Of a stretch of DNA of 64,000 nt, positions 28,501 through 39,176 are shown piece by piece. Positions within the stretch are counted from its first letter, which is position 1. The number at the start of each line of letters is the position of its first letter. The notes under the pieces are model-generated. The model did not search any database and was not told where the DNA came from. It was given only the letters and a program-made list of their open reading frames with translations. This stretch comes from Chrysomallon squamiferum (lineage: Eukaryota > Animalia > Mollusca). The translations under genes were made by a program, and so were the position numbers. The DNA is taken from positions 13,330,001-13,394,000 of the forward strand of contig CM022676.1 in assembly GCA_012295275.1 (NCBI GenBank), in the 5' to 3' direction.

Positions 28501-31500
28501 TAAGTTATGATAAATAATATTTACTTGGAAAATGGTTGGACAAAACTGAGGAAAGGTCCATGTTTATTATTACTCCACTACTATAAAGTACTTGCATTTT
28601 ATGTATGTGCATGTGTTTTAAAAAATCCAACAATTCGGTTTTTTAATGTAAATGTCATTAAATATTTTTCAGATATCATGAAAATCAGTTAATTCATTCT
28701 CCAAACCACAATAATTAAAATTACTTTTGTCAAAACAATATATATATTACTGTTCATATATTTAAACTGTAGATATATCAACAAAATGAAGCTGGATTTT
28801 AATTCATTTTTTTCAGGAAGGGTTGAATAAGGATGATGTCAAGAAATGTTTTCCTATGACAATGGGACAGTTATGGATGTAATATGATAGCCCCAAAGTG
28901 TGTTCCACCTGTGATATATTTATATGCAGATTTAATTGTTATATACTTTGTTTCAGCAGTTTCTTTTAGTTTCACTTATAATAATGATAACACTGAATCT
29001 TCTCTTAAAATTAAAAAAGTAATTGGAAAGAAGCTGTAGCCAGGTACAATAAATATCCTGCATTTAAATGTAATCTCTTCTTAATAATACAATAGTTCAC
29101 ATGATTATAATTAATATAATGGATGTTACTTTCAGCTGCACCCAAGATCATTAACAAAACAGACAACATTGTGGCAGCTGAGATAGGAAATCCTGTTGTA
29201 TTACACAAATCTGTGTTTTGTAAACCAAGTTACACAAATTTTACATGGAGTAAATTTGATGATCAAACTGATTTTAACAACACTCAGGTCACAAGAGAAA
29301 ACATCACACTACAAATACACAGTAAAACAGTATCAGATTCTGGTTACACGTTTTCTCTCAGTATCAGTAATTTTACTCAAGATGACATTGGAACGTACAA
29401 ACTGACTGTCTGTAATGAAGTTGGATGTCCTCAGTTTTCTGTGAACCTAACTGGAGCAGGTCCACCTCTTGCTCCTAAAGAGTTCCAACAAGAAAGAGAA
29501 TCAACATCAGACACAGTGTTCTTGTCATGGCTACCTAACTACCCAGGTGGTAATTTCAAACAAAGATTTATTCTGCAGTACAAACCACAAAGTGACTCTA
29601 ACTGGATTACTTGGAAAAGTAAATGGTTTGATGACTCAGCACAAAGACATAAAATACTTTACAACATCACAAATGTTCAGTCTAAACAAGTTTATGACAT
29701 TTGACTGTCAGCTCAAAGTAACAGACATTCAAATAACACTAGCAACTATGTTACACTAGAAGTTACAACAAAGAGTAAGCAAACTGTATATCGTAAAAAT
29801 GTTCAAAAATTATATAAAGTTAAAACGAAATTGATGATTCAATTACCAAATAATTAAACAAAATAATGGAGATTGTTTCTTTGTTGTTGTTTTGTTTAAA
29901 GGTTTCAGTTTTCAGTTAAAGCTATATTTTTGCAAAGTAAAATGTGATATATATGAGAATTGTGGATTATACATTTTTTTAAAGGAAGTTTAAATTTGTC
30001 TTTACAGTTGTTGTTTAAGATATCAAATAATTTCAATTTTAGAAGATCCAGGCGATTCAAATTCTCTGCTTGGTGCAGCTGTAGGAGGAGCTGTTGGTTC
30101 TGTGACTGTCATTGTTGTCATAGTGATACTTGTTATTTTTCTTAGAAGACGTGGACCATTTATTTTCTCAAGTAAAAAAGGTAATATATTGTTAAGAATA
30201 CAACTGATAAATCTGAATGTCTGGTCTTGAACATTTCTCCAACATGCTATAAAACCTACCACTATCATTTTTTTCTCAAGAAATTCAATGTGTTAACATT
30301 CAGATGATAGTTATTCAAATAACTTTGTTTTCAAGTAATCTAATATTTAATACAGTTTGTTTTTCTTTCGTTATTTCTAGATATTTTAGGAGTGTGAAAT
30401 ATTGTTTATTAGTTTCTTAGGAAACAGTAAAAGTATTTTTAATTAAATGATTTGAACAGAATTTCCTATTTTTCATAGATTTATAATAATGAAATAACCT
30501 ATGCAACTGAAACAATAAGCAGCTTCTTCTGTTCTTAAAATGTATAATTTCTTAACTAAAATATTACTTTATTATCTTTAATTACAGGCAAGGATGCAGA
30601 AAATGGACAGTAAGTTAACTTATTAGCTTCTTTTTTCAGATCATCTACCTTTCTGACTTAATCATTACTGCTTTGTGTAGTTGTTTCATTCTTTTTCTCT
30701 CTCTTTTTTTCTCGTCTTTCAACTGCTATTTGTCAGATCTTCTTGTACATTATTTATTCATATTTTTCTTATAACAAGAACGTCTACACATGTCATGATA
30801 TGCTTATTACTCCTATATATAAATCAAACAAATATTTTATTTTATTTCATTGTTTAAGCTTGTTTGTAAACAGATAATCTTCAGCATATACTTTAAATAA
30901 CCTTAATTATGTTTTCCTTGTTTAAAAGCAGCAAAATGGAATTACCTTAATTCAGGTAGTATTTATAATTGCTATAGTTTTTTATTTTATAAAAGTTTAA
31001 ATTTAATTTGTCAATTTCTCTAGATTTAGATTTTGTTATTTCATTGGTAGAAAATTAAGACTAATTAAAAGAGAACTTTAACAATTAGCATTTTGTTATA
31101 AAAGTGGTTTTATTTATTTGTTTGTTTGTTTTTGTCTTAACAGCCATTTGGATAGGTCTAAAACTCTCAACTGAAAAATGTCAGGTTTCTGAAGTTTACA
31201 TAATTGTAAAATATTTGTCAGTCGCATTATGGTCTGTGTACAATGTGCTCTGACAGTAAAACATTTAAAAATGATCCAAATGTCCCTGGGCTACTCCCTA
31301 TTATGCTTGCCAGAATTTTATTCAGTACTAGTTTTCTTTGATAGTAATTTAGATAAATTTCACATAGGTATCCAAAGTATAATGTTATCACATTTATTCC
31401 TAACACATCTAATTGAGAAGTAAACAGCTACTAGACTATTTACATACAATTACTAATCTTAAAAAAAGACATAATCATTTCAGGGGTCTATTTTTATTAA

Positions 31501-31875
31501 AAAGTCAAAATAATCTTAAAATGGAATTAATTACTATACTTTTCCTCTTGAATCTGCATGTAATAAAATGAATAGATTAAAACTGATAAAAGCAGTTTAA
31601 TTCAATTCCTTGTAATTTAATTATTTAGTAACCATGTTGGTTTCTACATATACAAAAAAGAAAAGAAAAAAGAAATCTGTTAGTATTATGCTTATTTTTA
31701 GTATTTTGCTGTGAATTTTAAAGATTTGTTTCAAAACTTTGCTGTTGATACTGAAATAACAGTCTGGGTTAGCCTTGACATTGCGTTTTTAATAAAACTA
31801 ATTGTCCCTTTCCACCACCCTGTCTTTTATGAGACATATTAAAAAAGTAGCAGAATGATAAACTCTGATCTTCAT

Positions 31876-31926
<51 letters not shown>

Positions 31927-34900
31927 GGTTTCTACGCATAGTCCTAAATATACATATTTGTAGGTAAATTTGAACACTGTTAATTTTGCTTTTCAGTCCA
32001 AGCAATATACCTGCACATGAAATGCCTGGTATGAGTTGCTTTTTAATAATTATTTTACATTTTTATTGGTTTTTTTTTTCTTTATAGTTTATACTTTCCC
32101 CATAAAAATATTATCTTTTGAGTTTATCTATAATTTAATTTTTATTACAATTCTTTTTGTAACCTTTTTCATTTCCTTTTTTGTTTGTTTCTTTTTTCTT
32201 TACTATATGTTACTTTTTTAAATGGTGTTATAACAGATATGGGAAGAGCATATATATCTAGACTGTATCTGCAATAAAGTACATTTTTTAATTCATTCAT
32301 TTATTTATTTATTTTTAATGAAGCAAGAACACAAGCATCAGAAAAAACATATACTAAGTTTGTTATTCTCTGGTTTATGATCTTTTACAGTTTTGGAGGA
32401 CAATCAATTATATAATCTGTCTAATAATAGTTCCACAGCATTAAAACTACCTGGTATATATCATAATTAAATATATATATATACATATATATATATAAAT
32501 GAACAGTTTAATATATATGTATATATATATGTATGTGTGTATGTATGTATGAGAGAAATGATGTGCTATTTAATCATTAACACATTACTTTCTCTTATTT
32601 TATTTTATTTATTTATTTATTATTTGCTATTTTATTTATATAGCATCTATAAAGTAGTTCAAACATTTTTTATTGCATAACTTATAACATAATTTGTCAC
32701 TTTTTTCACCACTTTATTGTTAATACTGTTTTATTTTAGTGTTGGAAGATAATGATTTGTATTATACATCTAGTAATGATGGTGTAAAGAACGTACATTT
32801 GCCAGGTGATTGCAAATCTTTTAATCTTTTTCTTTTTATTTAAGAAAAGAAAGTAAAGATGATTAATTTTGTTAGATTTGTCTTCAGTAATATAAAATAT
32901 TTATTACGAAGTAATTATTCAGAAACAAAATTAAAGTCATTTTCTGTTAATATGAAAAAACTGGACACATAACAACATGTCAATGATAAGAAGTGGTTTA
33001 TAGTTAAATTGTAATATTTAGCCCTGATACAGATGTAATGGGCTGCAGGATTTATCCTCTCTGTGCTCCACAGATAGTTTATTAAAGACTGGTTGCATTA
33101 TTTCCTGTTTATGGGAAGGTGAATATATAAATTACTTGTTACACAGCAAGTTTCTTCTTTTTTTTTGCTGTGTCTGAAGCATTGTGTGTGATAAACTGTA
33201 GATTATAAATATTCTGAGTCACTCCAAAAGTATTTTTTTCTTCTATTTCACATTTTGTTTGTTTGTTTCATTAAGTTTTAGAGGATAATATGATTTATCA
33301 TACAACTAATGCTGCAGCTGCAAAGAAGGTGCAAATACCAGGTGAGTGTAATTATATTGCTGTTTTGCTCTCATTGTCATAATAATGTAGTGTTGTTTTA
33401 AATCTTGTATAACACTGAATGCTTTGAACATTATGTCTTACATTTCAGCCTCTTTAAGGACAGTGCCCCACATTTTAATGACAGAAAATTTTAGAAAACC
33501 TTATTTAATAGAAATATACTACATTCTGATCATTGAGTATTCACTTGTTAATTTACATAATGTTGTTGACTGAATGTTGTTTGATTATAACAAATATTTT
33601 ATGTATCAGCTCTGAATAGATCAAAATACTTTCACAATTTTATGTCATTTAAATAATAACCCAGTAGTTGGTTTATAGTTTTGAGTGTCTGATAACTAAC
33701 AGATAATGAATGCTTAAATGAAGATGTTGTTCAGTAGCTATACTAGGTAAGAAGTGGAAAAATTTGAATAACAAACTTAATTTTAATTTTTGACACAAGC
33801 ATTCAGGAAAACATAAAAATGTACATTTTCCAATACATGTTTCAGGTTTTTTGCTAAAGAAAATGCATATACACAGGTGACATAATAATGATTCATAAGA
33901 TCACCACTATAGCCATAATAAATTGAAATATGGTTCATAAAACTTCATTTGTTTGTTTTTAACATGTATCATTTTTTCATGTTACGAAAACTATGCTGCA
34001 TGAAAACTATTTGTTCTAGACATCCCAAATTTGAAAAAAATATATATATATATATATATATATATTTATTTATTTAGAACAAAGCACTACAAAATGACAA
34101 AATATAGTCTTGGAAAAATTAATTGTTCATTTCATATAATTTTACAATACTTGAAAATATATTGATATTATTTTTTAAATATTTCTTTTGAAGTATTTAC
34201 ATAAAGATTAATTTCTCTCTGATTTTGTAGAAAAACATATTGGTTTGAATTATATATATTGGTTTGGGTTGGAGATGTTTATGAAATATGATAATATAAT
34301 TTTAAAAAATGAAAAAAGGGGGAAAAAATAATTTAAAAGTAACTATTTGTCATAAAAAAAAAAAAAAGAAACAGCAACTAGTACTATTTAAAAAAAAATA
34401 ATAAATGGGGATCATTTCCATCGTTTCACTTTTGTATCATAAATAATAATGATTTTTCATTTTCACCACACATAATTAGAATATTGTTACTTTTAGCATG
34501 TGAAAGCACTATTGCTGCTTATTTGTCTTTGTTTCATTGTGTTGTTATTCTTTAAAATCTGTTATTTTTTGTTCTGTTAATGATTTAAATTAATAGAATT
34601 GAAGGACGAACATATATTTTCAGTTTTGCTTCTCTTTTATTAATGTAATTAATGTAATAAAATATAAAGAACATTTAAAATAACAGAAGTGCATCATATA
34701 TTCATTCATACTTTTGAAGAAACAAATATTGCTGAACCAGGTACAAGTGGGGAAAATGTGATGGAAAATCCAGAAAGCCAATATTCAGTTGTCATTAAGA
34801 ACAAATGTAAACAGAGCAATGACACTGAAAAGAAAGAAAAAGACAGAGGTATGATAAAAAGATTACTTTGATATGAGTAAATAAAAGCCAGATATTATTT

Positions 34901-36561
34901 TATTTCATGTGTAATTTCAATATTTTCATTCATTTATTTAACATAATATTTATTTCTGCACAAAACCCCTCACTGAAGTGACTAACTAACAAAATAAGAG
35001 AACTGCTTAAGGTATTATTTTGAAAATGCTGTTTCATCAAATTTTCAATGTTGCAGATGAAAGAAAAGTGACAAATGAGAACAAACAGAACAAGAAAGGA
35101 AAGGAATTGGCTAAGACAAAGAATAAAAAAACAAAAGGTAAATTGCCTTTAATTCAGTATTTTTCCACATTTTTCTCACAGAACACAACACTGCTGTTAT
35201 TACAATTGAAATAATTTTTGCATCTATATATATTTTAACTACCAAGAAACCAGTATGATTAGGGTTTGGAATTATGCACTATGATATAATATTAAACAGT
35301 TAAGTGAAATTTAATTTTTGATATAGAAATATCCCAAAGATTTTCAACTTCAGTTTTCCCAAATGTCATAATGTTTGTGTGAAACATCATTCATGAAAGC
35401 AAGGGCATCAGTCTGACAGAGAGGATGTAACACAGTGGTGTAGTCCAAGTTACTAACAGAAAGACACAAATTAGCAATTTGACATGTTTTAAACTTGTTT
35501 AGGTCATTCCATGCCCCATCTTTCATGTTTGGGATTTAGTAGGAAGAATAATTTTGTAATTTTCAGAGATTATTGTACTTGAATATATCTCTGTATATTG
35601 TTTTAAGTGTTTGGTCTTCAAACATTCAGACCAAAATTCCCATAAGAAAAAGATTAAATAAAATTTCAAATAATACTTTGAAAAGTGCTGAATATGCAAA
35701 GAAAAATTAATAAACATGTTCTATTTCTAATTAATAAACATATATTTTTAGTTATAAAGTGAATTTATACCAGGAATGAATACAGAAAAATCTTGAACTC
35801 CAGTTTCCATTTAATATCCATAAAACTTCACAAATAATAATATTTTTCTAGTTACTTTCTCAATTATGATTTATTTCACTTTTAATTTTTTTTAATTTTT
35901 CTTCCCCTGTTGCAGGTGATAAAAGACCACTGCAGCAGTCTTCCAGGGGTAAATATATTTGAGAATTTAACATTTGGTATTATTTTGAATTTATAAATAG
36001 CAAATAATAAAAAAAAATTAAATTTAAAATAAAAGAAAGAAAATCTTATGACTCAGTATTGACATGTCCTTTCATCATTATGTGTTTTAATTTAGGTGAT
36101 ACTTATGAAAATGTTGGAACTGGAAAAGTAGATAATATGTATGCTAATGCTGCTTACAATGGAAATGATGATCCTGCCTGTGAAAATGTCAAGGTAATTT
36201 TATTGACTGTTGTGTTAATGTAATTATAAGAAGCCTGCAAAAGACATGGTATAAAGGCAATAAAAATAGACAAATGATTAACTGAAAAGATACTGTTAAT
36301 AGCAGGGAGGCAGATGTATACATTTTAAGCTGACAACATCAACTGGTTGTTTCATAGTTTTTACCTGCATTGTTTCAGGGAGCAAAGCATGGCCGAGATG
36401 AAGATGGGTTGCTGTATGTTGGAATAGATTTCTCTAACACACAACCAAGTAAACAAGTCCACAAAACACAGGACAACGTGGAGTACGTCTCCATTGACTG
36501 GAACAAGAAAGCAGAACCACTTCCTGATGAAGATGACAAACAAACTGAACCAAAATCTTAA
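12848..36561 (+). CDS. Gene A: nephrin-like multi-Ig receptor (leader, 9 Ig, FN3, TM, Tyr-rich tail with ITIMs), 21 exons; two in-frame TGA codons (26713, 29702) make this allele truncated or pseudogenic
   Basis: Chain of GT-AG exons with compatible phases from Ig1 (19149) to the stop at 36561, reconstructed by hand. The leader exon is less certain. Confidence 0.85.
13222..14632 (+). mobile_element. Degenerate piggyBac-like element in gene A intron 1
   Basis: TTAA|CCCATTTTCTAC at the left end and GTAGATATGGG|TTAC at the right (imperfect TIR/TSD). Internal QCAFCHMKK and, in another frame, VGLHMHYFRLFH resemble the piggyBac C-terminal Cys-rich domain. Confidence 0.5.
15050..15760 (-). mobile_element. 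Possible piggyBac transposase relic
   Basis: Minus-strand fragment IISLMEDL...TNNYYVT resembles the DNYYTS motif. Heavily decayed. Confidence 0.3.
19149..19454 (+). CDS. Gene A exon 2: N-terminal Ig domain (Ig1) with 6 Cys
   Basis: ttttag|GT...TTC A|gtaagt, 306 nt, phase 1-1; YTFQCSV...LTINSVRLVDEDSWTC. Confidence 0.9.
22544..22882 (+). CDS. Gene A exon 3: Ig2 (C2-type)
   Basis: tttcag|CT...CTA A|gtaatt; FTCVVQGAKPAP..ILWY...HDGQKVFCAA. Confidence 0.9.
23932..24195 (+). CDS. Gene A exon 4: Ig3
   Basis: ttacag|GA...GCA T|gtatgt; CVCNTT..GTPAGTVSW...NQNYTCQV. Confidence 0.9.
24473..24793 (+). CDS. Gene A exon 5: Ig4
   Basis: ttttag|TT...ATT T|gtgagt; LTLTCKSASSSPSVNFTW...DGDEIECET. Confidence 0.9.
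25116..25412 (+). CDS. Gene A exon 6: Ig5
   Basis: tttcag|AT...TAC T|gtaagt; EGDTLNIRCVVSGGKP...NSKTCQCNA. Confidence 0.9.
25420..25540. repeat. Compound (AAT)n/(AGT)n microsatellite in the Ig5-Ig6 intron
   Basis: Trinucleotide runs; counterpart at ~53040-53200 in gene C. Confidence 0.9.
25760..26044 (+). CDS. Gene A exon 7: Ig6
   Basis: atttag|AT...TAC T|gtgagt; NLTCAVSDRGNPPAVTVWFK...DNRQTFMCQATN. Confidence 0.9.
26705..26971 (+). CDS. Gene A exon 8: Ig7, with in-frame TGA at 26713-26715
   Basis: tttttaaag|AC TGT CCA TGA GTG...AAC T|gtgagt; VNCSADSNLP..LNW...HHGTYTCTA. Confidence 0.8.
27245..27541 (+). CDS. Gene A exon 9: Ig8
   Basis: ttacag|AT...AAA G|gtatca; INCSADGRP...EDSGIYVCSVENG. 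Confidence 0.9.
29136..29774 (+). CDS. Gene A exon 10: Ig9 plus FN3 in one exon, with in-frame TGA at 29702-29704
   Basis: tttcag|CT...AAG A|gtaagc; DIGTYKLTVCNEVG then PPLAP..VFLSW...FILQYK...VYDI*LSAQS. The frame stays open after the TGA up to the donor. Confidence 0.85.
30043..30180 (+). CDS. Gene A exon 11: transmembrane segment
   Basis: KDPGDSNSLLGAAVGGAVGSVTVIVVIVILVIFLRRRGPFIFSSKK; ttttag| ... G|gtaata. Confidence 0.9.
30588..30609 (+). CDS. Gene A exon 12: cytoplasmic micro-exon (GKDAENG)
   Basis: ttacag|GC...CA|gtaagt, phase 1 to 2. Confidence 0.7.
31997..32028 (+). CDS. Gene A exon 13: micro-exon (HPSNIPAHEMP)
   Basis: ttttcag|T...G|gtatga, phase 2 to 1; restores the frame after exon 12. 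Confidence 0.7.
32391..32453 (+). CDS. Gene A exon 14: VLEDNQLYNLSNNSSTALKLP
   Basis: tttacag|TT...G|gtatat, phase 1-1; paralogous to exons 15 and 16. Confidence 0.75.
32740..32805 (+). CDS. Gene A exon 15: VLEDNDLYYTSSNDGVKNVHLP
   Basis: ttttag|TG...G|gtgatt; conserved in copy B at 41553-41618. Confidence 0.75.
33276..33341 (+). CDS. Gene A exon 16: VLEDNMIYHTTNAAAAKKVQIP
   Basis: ttaag|TT...G|gtgagt; conserved in copy B at 40938-41002. Confidence 0.75.
34720..34848 (+). CDS. Gene A exon 17: cytoplasmic, ITIM-like SQYSVV
   Basis: tttgaag|AA...G|gtatga, phase 1-1. Confidence 0.7.
35057..35137 (+). CDS. Gene A exon 18: Lys-rich cytoplasmic exon
   Basis: ttgcag|AT...G|gtaaat; DERKVTNENKQNKKGKELAKTKNKKTK. 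Confidence 0.75.
35916..35948 (+). CDS. Gene A exon 19: micro-exon (GDKRPLQQSSR)
   Basis: Strong polypyrimidine tract, tgcag|GT...G|gtaaat. Confidence 0.7.
36096..36193 (+). CDS. Gene A exon 20: GDTYENVGTGKVDNMYANAAYNGNDDPACENVK
   Basis: tttag|GT...AAG|gtaatt, phase 1 to 0. Confidence 0.8.
36379..36561 (+). CDS. Gene A exon 21 (last coding exon): two ITIMs, LLYVGI and VEYVSI
   Basis: tttcag|GGA...TAA; phase 0 matches exon 20; AATAAA at ~36620. Confidence 0.85.
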   Translation, partial: GAKHGRDEDGLLYVGIDFSNTQPSKQVHKTQDNVEYVSIDWNKKAEPLPDEDDKQTEPKS

Positions 36562-38599
36562 TGAACAACATGCTATATTAACACGGAACCAAACCTCTTT
36601 AAAAACTACAACAAAATGAAATAAATTTCCACTATTTTATATATTTTTACTTTTATTTAATTTACAAAATATGATCAGCTATTTATTGTTATCTGCCATA
36701 AACAAAAGTGTTCATATATTTTATCATTACAGAGAAATTTGTAGATACAATTTGAAGAGATCATTAGCATTCTTCCAGAATTAAAATACAGTGACTATGG
36801 AATTCCAAGAAAAGAAATAATGCTTAGCAAGAATTATAAATTTTTGAACAAATATGGACCATGTCTAAAATATATTGATTATAATTTTTTAAACTCTGTA
36901 GTTACATTTGTGGTTCTAATACTGTTTTACAGCTTTTCTTCATGTGTAAACAATTTTGGATTTGTTATTGTGAACAGTGTCACAAAATGATTTCAAATTG
37001 GTGAATACTTCTTTAAAATTGGAGAAACAGTACAAAAAAAGTAATTATTTTTTCCTTTCCTCTCCCCATAAATATGAAATGAAGTATTAAGAATGAATAA
37101 AGAAATGTTAAGTAGCTGTTTTTTTTATTATATAAAATAATTTTTCACTTTGTATACAGTATTTTTATATGAAGGTAAACTAATTATATACTTTTGTTTA
37201 TTGTTAAGAATAAAATATATATTTATAACTAAAATAAAAATAATTATTTTCTTTCTTTTTATGTATTTTTAAAAATATACAACATACTTGTATTTCTTGT
37301 AAATATATATTTTTTAATGTGTGTGTGTGTGTTTGTGAGTTCCTTAAATGTATGCAGAAATATATGTTAAACGGAATGAACATACATACAAAGTACATTT
37401 TAATACAGGTGTAAATATGTTTCAATAAGTGCTCTATAGTTTGAAGTCTAATACCAATTTATTTGGATTTTTTTGTTCTCTTTGATATATAAAATTCAAA
37501 ACATCTGTTTCAATCAGGATAGTTTTATTATTTTCATAGAGCTCACACTTTTTGTGGGAATATTGTTAAAAGTGTTTTTAAATATTATATGTATGTTAGC
37601 TGATGACACTGCAAAACTTTATTTTTATTCATAATATTAAATTCAGAGTGTAAAGTTAATATTGTTTATTAATTTTCAGTATTAAAAAACAATAATGAAA
37701 TAAGTGCTGCTTTTAACAAATACTGAGTTTTGCTACATTGATTTCTTATCACATTGTATAGTTTTATGCATATTTATAAAATGTTAGTTTTTACGTTGTT
37801 GTAGTCTTTCTAATCAATTGCTTCTACTTATTAATATTATTGGAAATAGACAAAATATTTCATAATAATTTCTAAAACATTCCATGAAATGATGTTCTAT
37901 TCACAGACTTTATTTTACATCATTTATAAAGGATCTTGAATTAATATTTTATTTAAGAAATATTTCAAAAATTAAATGATGTTTTAGTATCATATTTGAT
38001 ATGAGTTACAATGTTCATCATGTTTATGTGGAGTAATTTGATGGATTCAATGCTAATGGATTCTTATTATTGGCTGTTTAAGTCAGTATCCAGCTTTTAT
38101 AAACAAAACTGTTATATTAAATTGCCAACACATCCAATAGGGATGCATACATTATATTCATACATACATACATTATATATATATACATGCATATATTATG
38201 TACATTATATACATATATACATGCATTATATACATACATTATATACATACATTTTTATATACATACGTACAATATACATAAATACATACATACATTTATT
38301 TGCTATTTATAAATTCAAAATAATATCAAATGTTAAATTCCCAAATATAGTTACGACTGGAAGACTGGTGCAATAATCTTTCATCACCTCAATAAGCGAA
38401 GAAACACAACCAAATATTTTAAAAGTAAAATAAATTATAACTGAGAAAGTAATTTGAAAAATATTATTATTTGTATGGATGTGAATAAAGGGATAGTTGT
38501 GTTCAAGGTTCATCAGTATTCTCTTTCTAACCAAAAATATATGTTTATTAATTAGAAAGAGAACAAGTTGTTTATTAATTTTGTTTGGATATAAAACAC

Positions 38600-39140
38600 T
38601 TTTCAAAGTATTATCTGAGATTTTATTTGAACTTTTTCTAATGTGAATTTTGGTCTGAATGTTTGAAATCCATACACTTAAAACAACATTTGACATACTG
38701 AAATACAAAGGGATACATCTGCTAATAATCTCTGAAAATTACAAAATTATTCTTCCTACTAAATTCAAGGAATGAAATGCAGGACAAGGAATGACTGAAT
38801 TAGTTTTAAAAAGATGTCAAATTGGAAAACATTGTCATTGTGTTAGTAACTTAGGACTATAACAATATGTTACATCCTCTACGTTAGACTGATGTGCTTG
38901 CTTTCATGAATCGTTTTTACTTGGTAAATGTAAACCATTCTAAGATGCATTTTTAATCATAACTGGTGTATCAGTACAATCTTAGAGATGTAAATTAAAA
39001 TATCAAAAGAGCCAAAGTAGAGAATGTAAATTGTAATGCTGAATAAAACTTGTTAAACTGTTACAGATGTCTTAATTAAAGGTATGTCTTATGAAAGATT
39101 ATATTACATTTCTCAGATAAACTTTTTGTCATTTGAATAA

Positions 39141-39176
<36 letters not shown>

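Noticed and set aside
26713-29704. Alternative genetic code or selenocysteine explanation for the in-frame TGAs
   Set aside because: Both fall at Arg positions, copy B shows CAA at one, and no SECIS was recognised; CpG deamination is simpler.
30929-30955. Candidate micro-exon aag|CAGCAAAATGG...TTCAG|gtagta
   Set aside because: It gives a stop in the phase required after exon 12; exon 13 fits instead.
12848-36561. Assigning the symbol NPHS1/sns or SIGLEC
   Set aside because: The architecture is similar but orthology cannot be shown; recent local duplications point to a lineage-specific family.
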